Notes: a model not told the origin generated them from the letters alone. A stretch of 64,000 bases of DNA from Podarcis cretensis (GCA_951804945.1 OX638157.1:17546001-17610000), one strand, 5' to 3'. Positions 1-14,183 are shown, numbered from the stretch's first letter. Made by a program: numbers and translations.

Positions 1-460
1 CACATTCCTATCATGTTTGCACTTCTGTCTCAGCAATATCTGTACTGATTTGGTCATGTACACAAAATGCAAGATGGCAGGATTCTGAAGGATGTGCTGT
101 ATGCAGAGCCAGCTTCAGGCATCAGGCCTGTTGGCAGCCCAACTCTGCATTATAAAGATGTCTGCAAACGTAACACGAAGACTGGCAATATCCACAGTGC
201 CTGGAGACAGGTAGTCAGGCATGTATCCACAGCAGTGACCAGAGGAGAAATGACCACTGGGAGGAGTGCAAAGAGAAGAAACTCTATGGTGCACCTGTAG
301 CAGCAAAACCAGGCACCTGCATCTGCCCTACCTGCAGTGAAACATGTCTCTCCCGTATTGATATCTGTAGCCACCTCAGGCTCTGTAACTCTCCAATGGT
401 TTGACTTTACTCCCAAAGGCACACTCCTCCATTGTCTCCCAAGACAAATGGATGCCAACA
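1..460 (+). mobile_element. RTE-clade LINE 3' fragment (non-BovB), degenerate
   Basis: ORF 67-300 (MQDGRILKDVLYAE..SGIRPVGSPTLHYKDVCKR..SAWRQ) matches the RTE C-terminal pattern M.DGRIPK.LLYGEL..G.R..GRP.LR.KD.CKR. The 3' end (gcacactcctccattgtctcccaagacaaatggatgccaac) recurs inverted near 9038 and 47889. Confidence 0.8.
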
Positions 461-924
461 GCAGTAGGCTTCATGCCAGCCATGTAAACAGTTCTGTGGC
501 CACATATACACCTCTCCATCTGCAATGCAGACAAGCAAAGAGGCATTGTTAGAGTCCAAGGACACATTCCAGCCCGACAAAAGCACTTGGGGAGAGTACA
601 GATTAGGGCAAAGGAGGGTTTTATTCTTGCAGAGTGGACATGGCATTGGAGAATCCTAAAGGATGGGTAGAGAACCAAAGAGGGCTACATTTGGCCCCTG
701 GATCTTTGGTGCATCCACCCAGCCTTACAATTTACAAAATCCTGATGCCATATACCATCCTGGATTGTACCAAATGCTGCTTAGAAAGTTACCTGTACTA
801 GCAGTAAGTGTACTTGTTACATTTTTGAGAATAGCACTGCTGGGTTTTGCATTATATCCTGTCATAACAGTGCTCTGATTCACATAATAATTGATGCCAC
901 TTAAACGTTTCCACACAAAAGTTG

Positions 925-1395
925 TTAGATAATAATAATAAATAATATTAATAATAAACAAACACACAAATAAATAAATTATTATTTTTATTTATACCCC
1001 ACCCATCTGGCTGGGTTTCCCCAGTCACTCTGGGTGGCTCACAGCATATATCGAAAAATACTAAAATATCAAACATTTAAAACATCCCAATACAGGGCTC
1101 CCTTCAGATTTCTTCTAAGAGTCAGCTAGTTGTTTATTTCATTGACATCTGAATGGAGGGTGTTCCACAGCGCGGGTGCCACTACTGAGAAGGCCCTCTG
1201 CCTGGTTCCCTGTAGATTCACTTCTCACAGTGAGGGAACCGACAGAAGGCCCTCAGAGCTGGACCTCAGTGTCCGGGCTGAATGATGGGGGTGGAGATGC
1301 TCCTTCAGGTATACTGGGCCGAAGCTGTTTAGGGCTTTAAAGGACAGCACCAACACTTTGAATTGTGCTTGGAAACGCAATGGGAGCCAATGAAT
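925..1395 (-). mobile_element. L2-clade LINE 3' fragment with AAT/TAAA tail
   Basis: Minus strand reads HWLP..FQAQFKVLVLSFKALN..GP.YLKEHL..RTLRSSSEGLL..GTRQRAFSVVAPALWNTLP, typical of the L2 ORF2 C-terminus. The 3' UTR (cccatctggctgggtttccccagtcactctgggtggct on +) is shared with other copies in the window. Confidence 0.85.
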
Positions 1396-1416
1396 ATCCT
1401 TTAGGACCGATATTAT

Positions 1417-1418
<2 letters not shown>

Positions 1419-1473
<55 letters not shown>

Positions 1474-1506
1474 CTTTCTGTCTGTCTGTCTGTCTGTCTG
1501 TCTGTC
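1419..1506. repeat. Compound microsatellite (TC)n(TG)n(TCTG)n
   Basis: Directly visible. Confidence 0.95.
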
Positions 1507-3669
1507 AGTTCTTGAACTATAAGCAGATATATTTTGCAGAGCTTTTCAACAATAGAATTTCATGCCTAGCATTATAGAATAAAGTTCATAGTTCCCCAGA
1601 CATAACTGTGAAGGGAATACTGTATGTATAAAAGAGTCAGATAGGCAGCAGTGGAGAAAATAAAGAGAGAAAAGGATTCTCTGTACATCTTTTATTTTGA
1701 TCAGGAACTGGGCCAGAAGGATTGAGTTTTTCACCTTTTACATTCATTTCATTGCTCATGTAGGCAAACCTACAATAACACATAGACTATGGATACCCAT
1801 AATCCATCGGGGGGGGGGCGCTTGCTTTTCCAGCATCTCATTACTGGGGTCGCTCTTACACATTTCAGCACACTGTTTTCTTTGGAACATTTCAACCATT
1901 TGTATAATTCTACATCCATTGCGACAGCATTGTTATTCTCTTTATCATTTTGTTATGCTGATGATGTTGCCTTTTAATATTGGCATCATCCAAGAACTCC
2001 CATGAATGTCACTGAGAGTTCTGCAGAAAGTGGTATGGAGTCAAAGTTGTCATCCATTTTAGTTCATCTTGGCTTCTCTACATTAGGCTTTGATGTACAT
2101 CAGAGCACAGTTTGTTGTAGTTGATGGTTCTGCAAACCTAGCAGGGTCTAGGTAAACAGAGAGATTTCCTGAAATCAACCACCCCCCCAAACCCCCCCCC
2201 ACCCCTCACGGTTTTCACCATAAGCACCATCTATATTGTGGTCTTGGCTTCAGCAATGGTGAGCAGCATCCCCCCCCCACCAAAGTAGGGGCAGAAAGCT
2301 GTCCCTCTAAATTGACTTATTATACCATGTGCCTTCGTTCACTTATGCTTTCTTCCTCACATTAGAGTCTTGTGGGGGCAAATGGTATTCACTAGCAACT
2401 GGCAGCATAGTTGCCGTTGCTGGTAAGTTTGATCAATACTTTCCATCTGTTCATAACCCTGCCCTCCAGTTTGCCAAAATGCCCCCTTCTAACTTTGCAT
2501 CCTGTGAACAGTTGGATAAGTTTGGGGACATTTTGGCTCAGAAGTACTACTACTATTCCTGCTTTTTTTTTAAATTTCCATGTATAAAGCAGAAAGTAAT
2601 TAAATGAACATCCAGAAATACAAGTGTCTAAAATGATTCTGAATATATAAGACTACATTTATCAAATGCAGAAAGCTAAGCACTTGTAAAATTCCCACTT
2701 GGCAAAATGTGATTTTACACATAATGAACTGTTGCGTTTATTGTACTTTTTATTCATGTACAATAAATGAAAGCTGTTGCTTCCATTTGCCATGATTTCC
2801 TTTGGAAGCAACAACTCCCAAGACAGCAGAACACCAAAGAAACTGACGTTTATAATTGATTTTGACACTGTCTCTTTTACAATATTGTAATGTTTTCAAT
2901 TTCTGTCTATGTAAATTTGAAATGCATGAATGTGTTTAGCATATTGATTATGAAATTCTTTGTAATCTTTTCCCCCATAGCCTGAAAATTAGGCAGCAGG
3001 ATAATAAATTGATATTTGTGTTTTTAGGATGATTGTGTATTATCTTCAAATAATCTTTGCACAGCAAAGCTTGGAAAAGTGGTGTCTACTTCTATTCCAG
3101 TTTTAAGTATTACTATCTGGCAGAAAGCCAGTGATAGCCCCACTGATTTTACTTCAACAGAAGTTGCACTTATTTTTGCCCACACATTGACAAGTGGTAG
3201 CTATTAGGTTGATGATTTTTCACTTGTAGTACAATCCTAGTTATAGTTACACAAAAGAAGTTCTATTTGTTTTCATTGGGACTCACATTATAAAAGCAGC
3301 AGTGTTGAACTATTCATAAATTCCTATAGTCGCATTTACCTTCACCCAAATGCTTGCCGGAAGAAATGTGTCTTCACTTGTTTCTTAAAATAAAATAACA
3401 AAAGGTGGCAGCTAGGTGCACCTCTGTGGGGAGAACACTCCACAGGTTTGGGGACACCACAGAGAAGGCGCTTCCAGTTGCACCATGGCTACACATTTTA
3501 TCCTGTGCTGAGACCATTGGTTGGGCCTTCTCCACCAACCTTAAGGTGCAGGCAGGTTGGTTCCAAATATTGGGAGGCTTCCAAAATTTTCAGGCAGCAA
3601 TACTTCCAAAGACCAGTTGTTGGAAACCACAGGAGGGGCGAGTATTCTTGTGCTCATGTGGTTTCCCAT

Positions 3670-3755
3670 ATGCATCTGGTTGGCCACTGTGAGAATAAGA
3701 TGCTGGACTAAAATGGGCCATTGGCATGATCCAGTAGCTATTCTTATGTTCTTAC
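3670..3755 (+). mobile_element. CR1-like LINE 3' terminal fragment
   Basis: gcatctggttggccactgtgagaataagatgctggact...tcttatgttctta ends in an octamer-type tail. An inverted relative lies at 40925-41185. Confidence 0.6.
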
Positions 3756-3778
3756 CTGGAATATCCTTATGGTGTGTA

Positions 3779-4646
3779 TAGTGATGTGAAGTGAGAATAT
3801 TCTCAAGAATGAGAATATTCTTGAGAATATTCTCTGCTAGAAAATTCTCCTGAGAATATTCTCCACGAACTGTTACAACCCACATTTAAAAAATCTAGTA
3901 AATAATAAGTCAAGCTGTGATATTGCCAGTGTAAGTAATGAATAATGATTTTTTTTATCCAGTTACATTACTGGGCATTGTGTCATTCACCATTGGCAGT
4001 TCTGAAATGTGAGCTACAGAAAACATTTTTTTTTTTAGTTTTAAAAATGCTATTCATTTAATTTGATGAACATTTGAATTTGTATGTATTTCAACTCTAT
4101 GCAATAGCCTTTTTCTATTCTGGTGTGACCTTATTCTTAGCAATTCTATACCCTTGGCCATACAGTGTGACACCTCCCCCCCCCCGAAAATAGCTTTAAT
4201 ACTTTATACATTTACCTAGTATCTAGGCCTGCCTATACAGTTATGTGTAACAGCATGTGAGGTGGCCTTGATTTAAACAGCAGGCATTTCTATATTTTTA
4301 TTTAGTGCCAGTAACTGGTTTTTGCAGTGCCATTCAATGGTACAAGGTGCCATTTACCAGAGATTGACATACTGAAATATATTATCATATAATGATAATA
4401 TATTTAATGTTAATGGCTTCTTTTTTTATATGTATGCATATAGTTGTGTTTATCAAGCTGTGTTTTAGTCACCAAAACAATTATTAAGTGTTAGAGCTAT
4501 TAGAAGCACAAAATAGCCTATGCATTAAAATATCATTTTCAATGCATTAAAATTAATATTCTCCGATTTTAAATGAAAATTCTCTAATATTCTCATTAAT
4601 CGAGAATATTCTCTAAAAGATTATTCTCGAGAATTTAACATCACTA
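3779..4646. mobile_element. Non-autonomous hAT DNA transposon (868 bp)
   Basis: TIRs TAGTGATGT / ACATCACTA. Perfect 8-bp TSD GGTGTGTA (3771-3778, 4647-4654). Subterminal GAGAATATTCTC palindromes at both ends. Confidence 0.9.
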
Positions 4647-4827
4647 GGTGTGTATGTATCTGTTTCTGAACTTCAAAAATGTGCTTCGTTAAACAATAAT
4701 GAAGTTTGAATCTTTGATTTCTTTTTAAATAGCATACACCTAGTGTCACATTTCAGATACTACAAACTGTGTTTCATAGTCCCCTCAGTCTGAGAAGCAG
4801 TTTGGTATGTGCCACAGGAGTGGGGTA

Positions 4828-4890
4828 GAATCACAGAGTTGGAGAGTTGGAAAGAAACCCACGGGTTATTTAGTCCAACCCCTGCAATGC
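4828..4890 (-). mobile_element. CR1 3' end remnant
   Basis: Resembles the reverse complement of the CR1 3' UTR at 38100-38167 (gcaggggttggacta...tccaactct..gattct). Confidence 0.65.
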
Positions 4891-7800
4891 CAGAAGAGAT
4901 ATTGATTGAGAACTTCAAGCCCTAAGGCCCCTAGGGCATATTGAATTGAATGCACAGTTCTTTGGACCTGGTCAAATTGTGAATTTCTGAGGGGAATGTA
5001 AGAGCAACGTAATCAGAATTGCATCAAAATAAGTTCCGGACTTTTATAAAGGATCATTGAAAGTCCTTCACACATCAAATATGTGGTGGGTATTTTTCTT
5101 TCCTTTTTTGGTCAAATCCTTGCCTTTCCTAACTGTGTCTGTGACCTTTAACCTGTGATTTAAAGAAAAAACAATTACGGGCCTTCTGAAATCAGTTTTG
5201 CATAAATATCATTCTTTCCATTCTCCTTTGCCAAATCTGGATCTTGAGACATAGCTGAAGGTGCTGACTGAAGTGTTTTTGTCAAACAGCAGCAGCTGTT
5301 CAGCAGTTCCTATTGCTTAGCTAATGCTTCGGGACCAGCAGATTATTTAGATTTCATTAACATTTAATTAGCCCACAGCACCTATGTCTTACCAAGTGAC
5401 AGATGGAGGAAGAGAACAGAATGGCCATCTTACCGTTGTTTGGTTTTTTAATTTACTATTTACAAACTGTTCTCCTGAGTGTTGCCCCTGTATCATAATT
5501 TGGCATGAAGCTATTTTATACCTTAATTTAATTGGCTAATGGACAGCAAAGCTTATGCTAAAAAGTAACACATCTTTGTAACACCTTTTTTTTTAGAAAA
5601 ATGTTTGATAATGAACCCGTTGGGTGTCCTTCAACATGTCAGTTCCTTGCTAGGAAGTTATAAATGATAACCAACCCCTCCCCAGTCCTTCAAATTACAT
5701 CTAAACATACAAATTATTGTAAGCTTCCAAACTCAGTGTGTGGATTGAAATGATATTGGTTACCTGTGTGATGTGATCAGCTGCATAGTTAATATAGATT
5801 AGAGTAATGAGTTTGGGGTTTCAGAGAGAAATGCTTACTGGTGTAAATATGAAAATTGCTATCAATACTTTGGAGTAGTTAATTTCCAAAGCAACACATA
5901 ATTGGTCTGTTATGTAGAACAGCAGGAAATTAATTCCCATGAACAATTCTGCCGACCCTGTAGTAATTAGAGGGTGGTGGAAGAATGTAATTGTATTCCT
6001 ACTTGGGTTACCTGAATTCCAGGCTTCCTAGTTTCTAGTTCTAGGGATAATAATCTCCAGTTCCTTTTTTTTTAGACTGAACATTGGTGGGGTAGAAATA
6101 TTTACTGGAAAACACATTGTGCAGGTAGTCATCAGGTTTTGTTGTTGTTTCCTCAAGACTCACTGAAGCTTCCAGAAATCTCCACTGCTGTCCTAGAGGA
6201 AAGGGGGAACTCTGGAGTATCTGTTGATTCATCATATATTCAAAGAATGTAATAAATACAAAATACTGGTCCCTTTTAATTGCCACTGTCCCTTGATCTG
6301 CTTGTCATCTCCCTAACAATAGCAATCAACCAGTCAATCATATCTGGAAACAAAGAGTGCATAATCATTCTGATAGGTTTGGAAATAAGACATTTCTAGA
6401 AGCTTGCGGAAATTGCTGGAAGTAGCCTTCCCGAACTTGATTTTATCAGTTAATTGGAGTCATTCTGCTGTAAGTTACACTCATTTCCATCCCATTATTT
6501 TTGGCAATTAGTTGCAACAGCAGGTAAAAGCTGTGTGTGGGGAAAAAGGATTTGTTTTATGAAATAGCTATTATTTTCTTTGACTGAAAATGGGTGACAT
6601 GAAGGTTCAGGTCCCTGCAGGTAAACAGATAAAAGGTAACAAGACTCCAAACTCTGTCAGCACTTTTGGACATCTAACCATCTATTTTTATTTTTATTTT
6701 GTAAATGTGGCAGGCAGCTTGGGGGGTTGTGAAGGAGGGAGTCTCTTTAACCAAGCAAAGCTTTGAAAAAACAGGTGTTGCCGCTATCCAGCGAAGTCCA
6801 GTTGTAAGTGAATTCTCTCATAACACAAATGGCTACCTGAGAAATCAGTGACAGAAACAACAGCCTCCTTGCCACCTGAACTCAGATGAGCTTTACTGTA
6901 GTTAATTTACAAAGCCAACTTAATGCCATAGTTTATGAAGCTGATTTGTTTCAATTAAATTTAGTTAAAGTTAGGTTCGAAAGCTTCAGAACACAGTGGA
7001 AGAGGGGGAACAGGTGAGCCTGGGACTTGCTAAGGCTTTGTCCCATACAGAACTATGGTTTAGCAATTACATCCAAACACAGGCACACTCTACAGTCTGA
7101 AAGACAAATGCTTTTAAGTATCAAACACAGTGGTCCACTAAATCAGTGATTGATTTATTCCATCTGCTGTTGTGGGGGACAGGAATCAATCCACCAGCCT
7201 TACATGATACTAAAATAGTAGTTTTGGCGCCTTCATGGCACTGTGACACTTTCTGGTAATGACATTGGGTCCCCTTCTTCCATTCAGTAATTTGGGCACA
7301 GGATAGCAGTCCATGCAAATTTAGGCCATTAAAAACAAAACAATACCTGCTTCAGCTCCTTGCAAGGATTTTTGTGCATTTGAATGGTACATTCAGTGGG
7401 CCTGATTCCTTTTCAGGGCAAGCAGTATGACATTTCTATTTCCATAGTTTAAAATTCTTTGTTTTGTAGTTACATAGGATTCATATGCAGTATGCCAGGG
7501 GAACAACATGTCATTATCAGTTTTCCTACTTAGAAAAACAAAGCAAAAATAGGAATCACAGTAGTCCTAGTTTCAAGCATGGGGTGGGGGTGAAAAAAAA
7601 AAACCAGCAGCATAATGTGTGCATAGTGACATGGAATTCCTTCCATCATGAAAGAAACAGAAGCCACTGAGATTTCTGTATAAGAGAATGTGACCAGCCC
7701 AAAATTGCTGTCACTTCCCTAATATATGAGAAAATAGGATAACAGTATCCCAACTGAGTCCTCATCCTTTTTTATTATTTTACCTCTCCCAGTTATTTTC

Positions 7801-8335
7801 CTTCCTCCATTGCTAGGCTTGGTCTAAAGAGATTATTCTACCACTGAAAATATTATTATGACAACTCATAGCTGTGTCCCCTGGAGCATATTTGCACATA
7901 AAAATTCTCTGTTTTTCTGAAATTAATCTCTGTAAAATTGGATAGTAAACAGAAGCGGGAACGCTCCTGGAGAAAAAGCTGTTGACTCTAGCAATTACAT
8001 GTGCCATTTTAGTACTGCCAAAAGGATGATCATGTCTCAAAGCTACAGTCTATAATATGTAATGTATTATTTCTCTTTCGAAAATCCTTAAACACAATAA
8101 AATTCTTTGCTTTTTCCTTTGTTCAGCAGCTGGATTTTTTTGTTTTATAGAAACACTCATCCACTACTACTTCATGCTTTTATTGGACAAGCTGATTCGT
8201 AAACAGAAGTATTTCCGTTGGGCAGGAAATAAATGACTTTTGTTCTCAATGACTCCCATGAAGCTCACACAAGGGCAGAGGACTTGGGAATGCATGGGTG
8301 TAACTTAGTTGAATTTTTGGCATGAGATATTTAAT

Positions 8336-8338
<3 letters not shown>

Positions 8339-8404
<66 letters not shown>
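8339..8404. repeat. (TC)n(AC)n microsatellite
   Basis: Directly visible. Confidence 0.95.
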
Positions 8405-8406
<2 letters not shown>

Positions 8407-9037
8407 ATAAAACTATGAAAAACAACCAAAGTTATAGACACATGTTTTTGCTTAGCCATTTTCTAATTATTTTATTTAAATCTTCTCCCTACTTATATTA
8501 GAAACAGTCAGTGACAAATGACCGATAATTGGTTGTCCACATCCTCTTACTGGCCCTCCAGATTGCATCCAAATTGTTCTAAGTGATACAATATATAGTC
8601 ACACACATAACTTTTTGCTTTTAATTTTCCATTGCAGTTTTTAACTCACTGGTAGGTTTCGATTACACCAACAACCCCCCAATGACTGACCAAATAAAAA
8701 CCCACCCATCTGCAGTCTTGCTTGACAAAATGTAAGGTTATGAAGAGCCTAGTAGGCTTTGTTACCTGCCTGGTGTAATGTACAATGCCCATAGTCTCTG
8801 TGTTATACAGACCTATTCCCTGACACCAGTGAAACAGCCACTGCATTATTACAAGCTGATAATCATTAGACCACGGCAGCACTTACAAAGTTCTTTTTGT
8901 TGATCTTAATGTCCTTAGTATTTTGGATTATCTGAACCAGAGTTATTTGTAAGTAAGACATTAAAACTGGCTCAGAGGCTAACAGGCAGCTGGCGCAGAT
9001 CCCTTGTGCTTAAAATAAATTTATCAGTCTGTTTTGA

Positions 9038-9250
9038 GTTGGTTGGCATCCTTCTCTCTCAGGAAACAGTAGAGGAGTGCACCTTTGGGGGTGAAGTCAG
9101 ATTGTTGAAAAGTTGTAGTGACTGTAGAGACTGATAAGGGAGAGACAGGTTTCCTTGCAGCTGGGGCAAATGAAGGCATCCAGTTGTGCTGCTGCAGATG
9201 TACCACAGCATTTCCCCCCCTCTGCACTCCTCTCAGCGGTCATTCTTCTG
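9038..9250 (-). mobile_element. RTE-clade LINE 3' fragment
   Basis: Inverted, diverged copy of about 290-460 (gttggcatcc...ggagtgcacctttgggggtgaagtca). Confidence 0.7.
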
Positions 9251-11298
9251 TTCTGAGTACTATTGTAGGATCTTGAATGCTATAGAGATGTTCTGTTATT
9301 AGCCATAGTGACTTACGTTTAGCAACAAGCTACAAATAATTACTTGTTTGAGGTACTAATTAAAAAAAACCAAAATTGGCAGTACTGAGATACATTTGCA
9401 GGTGTCGGACAACATGCTGATATTTTATTGTGTAAAGTTAAATTCCCCTGTCAAGACTGAAGAACAGAGCTTTCGTTAAAATGTCACAAATGGCTATCAT
9501 CTGTTTGACCAAATTAATGGCATTGTGAAAGTATAAACTTTTCAAACCCACTTTGGAATAAGTACATAAAATTATGCAAGACTCTTAAAAAGCAAAACAT
9601 ACTATTTTTTCATCAATTTTCTTTATCACCATATTAAATCCCCCTCCTGACAGCTAAAAGGAAATTACAGTGATTTACAGAGTGAATCTTTATCAGTGGT
9701 CGACAGGCAGGAGGGAAAAAAACCTGATAAGACCATACAAACAGTTATTTATAATAGCATTTAGCTGGAAAGTGGCAGTCGCTCAGTATTTGATTTATGT
9801 AATTTTTCAAGGCAGTGGCAATACCTTCTGCAGTCCATCAGGCACCTTTTTATGAGTCTGTTACTGAACTCTTAAAAGTGCATTGGCTCACTGCAGAAAG
9901 AGCAAACATGGAGTACTTTGGTTGTTGTTAACTGATACTGCAGTCTTACATCTGATGTATAGTAGACACTCTAAGCCAGCAAGACTGATCAACATGTGGA
10001 AAAGGGTTTCCTTGAATGGATACATGGGGCTCAAAGGTTTATGGCATGGGGAGCAACTTCTGCCTTGCACGGTCTTCCAGCACCTGCCTGTTTCTCCAGG
10101 TATGGACTGCTTGCCTTTTTGTCCCAACCCAGCAACTGCAGAAATACAAACCCGTGAAGAAGCCTTCTCCAATTGGTGCTTTGGCTCCTGGCCATTCCTG
10201 TTGCTGGGTTAACACCATAATTTGCCACTTCCAACTTTTGCTGCATTTCAAAGCCAGGCCAAGATTTTAATGCCTGAAGCAAAGGGCAAGATGGTGTCCC
10301 TTTTGTTCCACGTGCAAAAGTTAACTGAGCTGGTGGTTGAATCTTACTAAAATACTGCTAGTAGAATAACACACACCGCCTGCATCCAGGGGCAGCAGGC
10401 CAGCTTAGGGGTCAAAATCTGTTTGTAAACATACTAGATCTTCCTGTCATTCCTTTCATCTTTTGGGGGTTTACCTACCTAGAATGGGACCATCAACTGT
10501 GGTTTGGAGCACATGTCATTTGGGAAAATTGACTCAATGCCACCAATAAGCTGCAAAGGAGACTACAGGTTGCCACCCAATCCTGAAAGAAGCTTTTAAA
10601 AAATACATAGGCTAGAGCAGAAGGTTGTGTGACCATGCCTGACCACCATAAACTGAACAAGTGGTTTGATTTAACTACCAAGGGGATTTTGATTTCTGGT
10701 TCTTCCATGGCAGTGCCCCATTCTTGCCCTTGACTAACCTTGCCTGATGCACATCCCAAACCTCTTTCCTGCCAACATGGCTGAGGCATTTAAAGGTAGT
10801 GTTCTGTTTTGTGATAAATATTTATTGTTTAATTGTCCCATTTTCTGTGCATTGTCTTTATGAACACTACTTATAAATGTGACTAATTAAGTGTTATAGA
10901 AATGTCTTAAATGTCTGGTTCTGCATTATCTTCTCCACATGACACACCAGGGACACTTCCAGACCATCACCATTTTCAGGTGGGATTCAATCACATAGTG
11001 GAAAATTCAGATTGCACAATTAAAGCTGATTTGGTGCTCTGAAAAATAAGCCTGTCCCCCCACACCAATTAGGATGGTTGAGATAAGGAAAGCCATGGAA
11101 AAAATGCACTGGAAAGTTCTAGGTAACACTTGCTTTACGCAACACTGGATAACCTCTCCACAATGCTCAGAATGAATGCTCAGTAAATAGCTGAAAGCGT
11201 CTAACTTACCTGCAAAGTTTGTGCAAACAAATCAGGATAAGTGCTTAATAAGGAGGTCATCTAGCATCAACTTGGGTCTTTCTTACTTGCCTGTAAGG

Positions 11299-11507
11299 CA
11301 GTGGTGCCCAAACTTTTTTTCAAAGAGGGCCAGATTTGATGAAGTGAAGGGCCATGGGGGCCAACCAAAGTAGTGGACCTTTTTTTAGGATTGAAGTTGT
11401 TGAGGGTTTTTTAGGATTTTACCCCAAGAAATAAACTGCCACAGGGGCTGGATTAAACTGACCGGCGGGTCGGATTAGGCACCCAAAATGGACTTTGGAC
11501 AAGCCTG
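11299..11507. mobile_element. hAT-Charlie-like MITE
   Basis: Termini CAGTGGTGCCCAAA / TTTGGACAAGCCTG. Degenerate 8-bp flanks ctgtaagg / ctgtggag. Confidence 0.6.
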
Positions 11508-12439
11508 CTGTGGAGGTGTTATGCTGCTTTAAACAAACCTATTAGTCTGCATTTCTTTTGATTCCTCAAAAAGGACATACTGCATATCCTTTGTGTATAT
11601 TCATGTACCAGGTCAAGTAAACAATAATAATAACTTGAGCCAAAGTTTATTGAAGTATTATTGTTGTTTTTAGAGAAGGAAGGTTTAAATGTTGGTGGAT
11701 TTATAGCTAGAATATTTTAGCATTCTGATCATGACATGACTTTCTTACAATGTCAGTTCATGCAGATTTCTTTTCAGATGTATCTCCTTGTCTTTCCCTG
11801 GGAGGCCAAATTAAAAAGAACCTGATCAAATTCAGAATAACACCCTTAGTAACATGGCTTCTTTCAGGAACAATTTGAAAGGTGGAGGTAGCAAATATTG
11901 GCCGTCAAGGAGTATAGAGGGATTAAAGAAAGAAAGAAATACTGTTGTTTCTTTCTCATTTTCTTCTGCTCACTTGGGACCATTTAAGCTGGATGAATGC
12001 AAATCACTGGTGGTGTTTTCTGTTTCTTGAACTTAGACCAGCAGAATACATTAAGGGATAAAGAAGCAGATGGGCTAAAATAACTTCGATGTATTTGTAC
12101 CTTCGATTTCCCGAGGGAAGTAGGAATTGTAAGCATTGAACAGGCAATCATATACACTAACTTCTTTTGTGATTGCTTCTTATGCTGGATCACTGTATTG
12201 AATTAATTTGGTTGTTGCTGATTAGGTTACAGTAGGATTAAACAGAATTAAATTTCTTGCCTAATGCCAGTAACGACCAGTGCTTCATAACCAGTCAGTA
12301 AAGTGTAACTTGTAGTCCACAAGCCTCTCTAATGAAGTTCAAAGCGATTGATCTGTACAGTACTTACGGAAAACCTGCCAAATAGTTAACAGGTTATTTT
12401 GGTGGATTACCGGTATATTTTCAGATCATGGAATCATAG

Positions 12440-12810
12440 GTGCCACAACCTTCAACAGGAAGGAGTGATGAAAAGACTACCTGTGCCCCAAGTCTCTTCA
12501 GCTCCCTGCCCAGTGTGTCATAGTCCTTTGCTATGTGTGGCAGTATTATTTGTACCCATCAGAAAGACTTCAGAACTTCTCTGTCATATCATGAATCTTT
12601 GCACCCGGAGGTCAGCACATCTCTCGTGACTTCCTGTTTCCTCCATACACTACTGCCTCCTTTTCCCTCAGTAGGGAGTCACCTGTCACCACCACTCGCC
12701 TCCTCCTCCTCCTCTGGGGAGTAGCAGGAATCATTCTATGGGCTGTGCCTTCTAAAGGATTCTTGGAGTGTTCTGAGGTCTGCTTCTCTTGTTCTCGAGT
12801 CTTCCCCTCT
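12440..12810 (-). mobile_element. CR1 ORF1 (SGNH/GDSL esterase domain) relic
   Basis: Minus strand reads RRVVVTGDSLLREKEAVV..SREMC*PPGAKIHD..MGTNNTA..DYDTLGRELKRLGAQV, matching the CR1 ORF1 esterase blocks (GDS, PGA, GTND). Stops and frameshifts are present. Confidence 0.8.
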
Positions 12811-13883
12811 TGTTTATTGGAGCTTATTTTGATATTGTTGGGATAAGTTGCAAAGCCCAATATATAAAACATATGGGAATTTGCTTCTGCCTGGAGACGT
12901 AGGAGAATGTATCTGAAATTTTAGAGGTTTAGGCCTCTAACAGATGTGCATACCAGGAGTGGTGAGCACATTGTGAGTACCCACAGCCACCCCTTTCAGA
13001 CAGATGCTTAAATTGGAGGTGAGCCAAAATGTCTCCCATAACATGTTTTTTTCCCCCTGAGAAATAGATTGAGATTTTTCTAGTGCAGGATCTGCAAATT
13101 TGCTATGGGGGGCAGTAGTCTACAATGCTGCACCCCCCCTGATGGTAAACTACAAGCAATGCTTTTTACACACTACACCACTCTCTTATTTTAAAAAATA
13201 CACCACACACTCCAAGGCATGCTCTCACATTGCAAAACACACATTACTGTCACAAATGCACATTACGCATGCATTCCCTCCACCATAGACCATGGCACAT
13301 AATCCTCTTCAGCTGAGAAACTAGCCACCCCACTGTAGACATGATTATAGTGCAGCACATTGACCCAGTTACTTCCATCTTGAGAAACACTAACACTCCC
13401 ATTGCAGCTATACTCCAGGAGACAAACATGGGTGACATACAGTCGGATCTGATACAATCTATGCAGAAACAAATCCCACTGTGATCAATGGGGCTTACTT
13501 TTGAGTACAGTATATGACTGCAACCTCTCTTGCATACTTTCCTGCATGAGTTCCAGAGGGACTGCCTACTTGCTTTTTTGTTTGTGTATTATGTGATTTA
13601 AGAACATAAGAGGAGCTCTGAGGGACCAGACCTTTCATTAGGCATGACTAAAAACAGTGTTCATATACTCCATATTAGGTTCAGAAGCAGGGTGCATTAG
13701 TAAACTGAAGATAAGTGAAACATCAGTAATATCCTAAGAATGTTTAATTGGATGGATGCTTGGAGATGATGGTGAGCTAAAAGTTCTCTTTGGAGAATGC
13801 TTGTGTCAAAATGTGGTGACAAAGGTGCAAAGCTACTGTTGGTTCCACCATCTCCTTTGGGCCAGGCTGTAAAAGGTTTCATA

Positions 13884-14183
13884 CTACTACTACTACTACT
13901 ACTAATAATAATAATAATAATAATTTATTATTTATATCCCGCCCATCTGGCTGGGCCTCCCCAGCCACTCTGGGCGGCTTCCATAGAAACCAAAAATACA
14001 GTAAAATATCACACGTTAAAAACTTCCCTGAACAGGGCTGCCTTAAAATGTCTTCTGAATGTCAGGTAGTTGTTTATCGCTTTGACATCTGCTGGAAGGG
14101 CATTCCACAGGGCGGGCGCCACTACCGAGAAGGCCCTCTGCCTGGTTCCCTGTAGCTTTGCTTCTCGCAATGAGGGAACCGCC
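13884..14183 (-). mobile_element. L2-clade LINE 3' fragment with (ACT)n(AAT)n tail
   Basis: Near-identical to 985-1240 (gaaggccctctgcctggttccctgtag; cccatctggctggg..ccccagccactctgggcggct). Confidence 0.85.
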
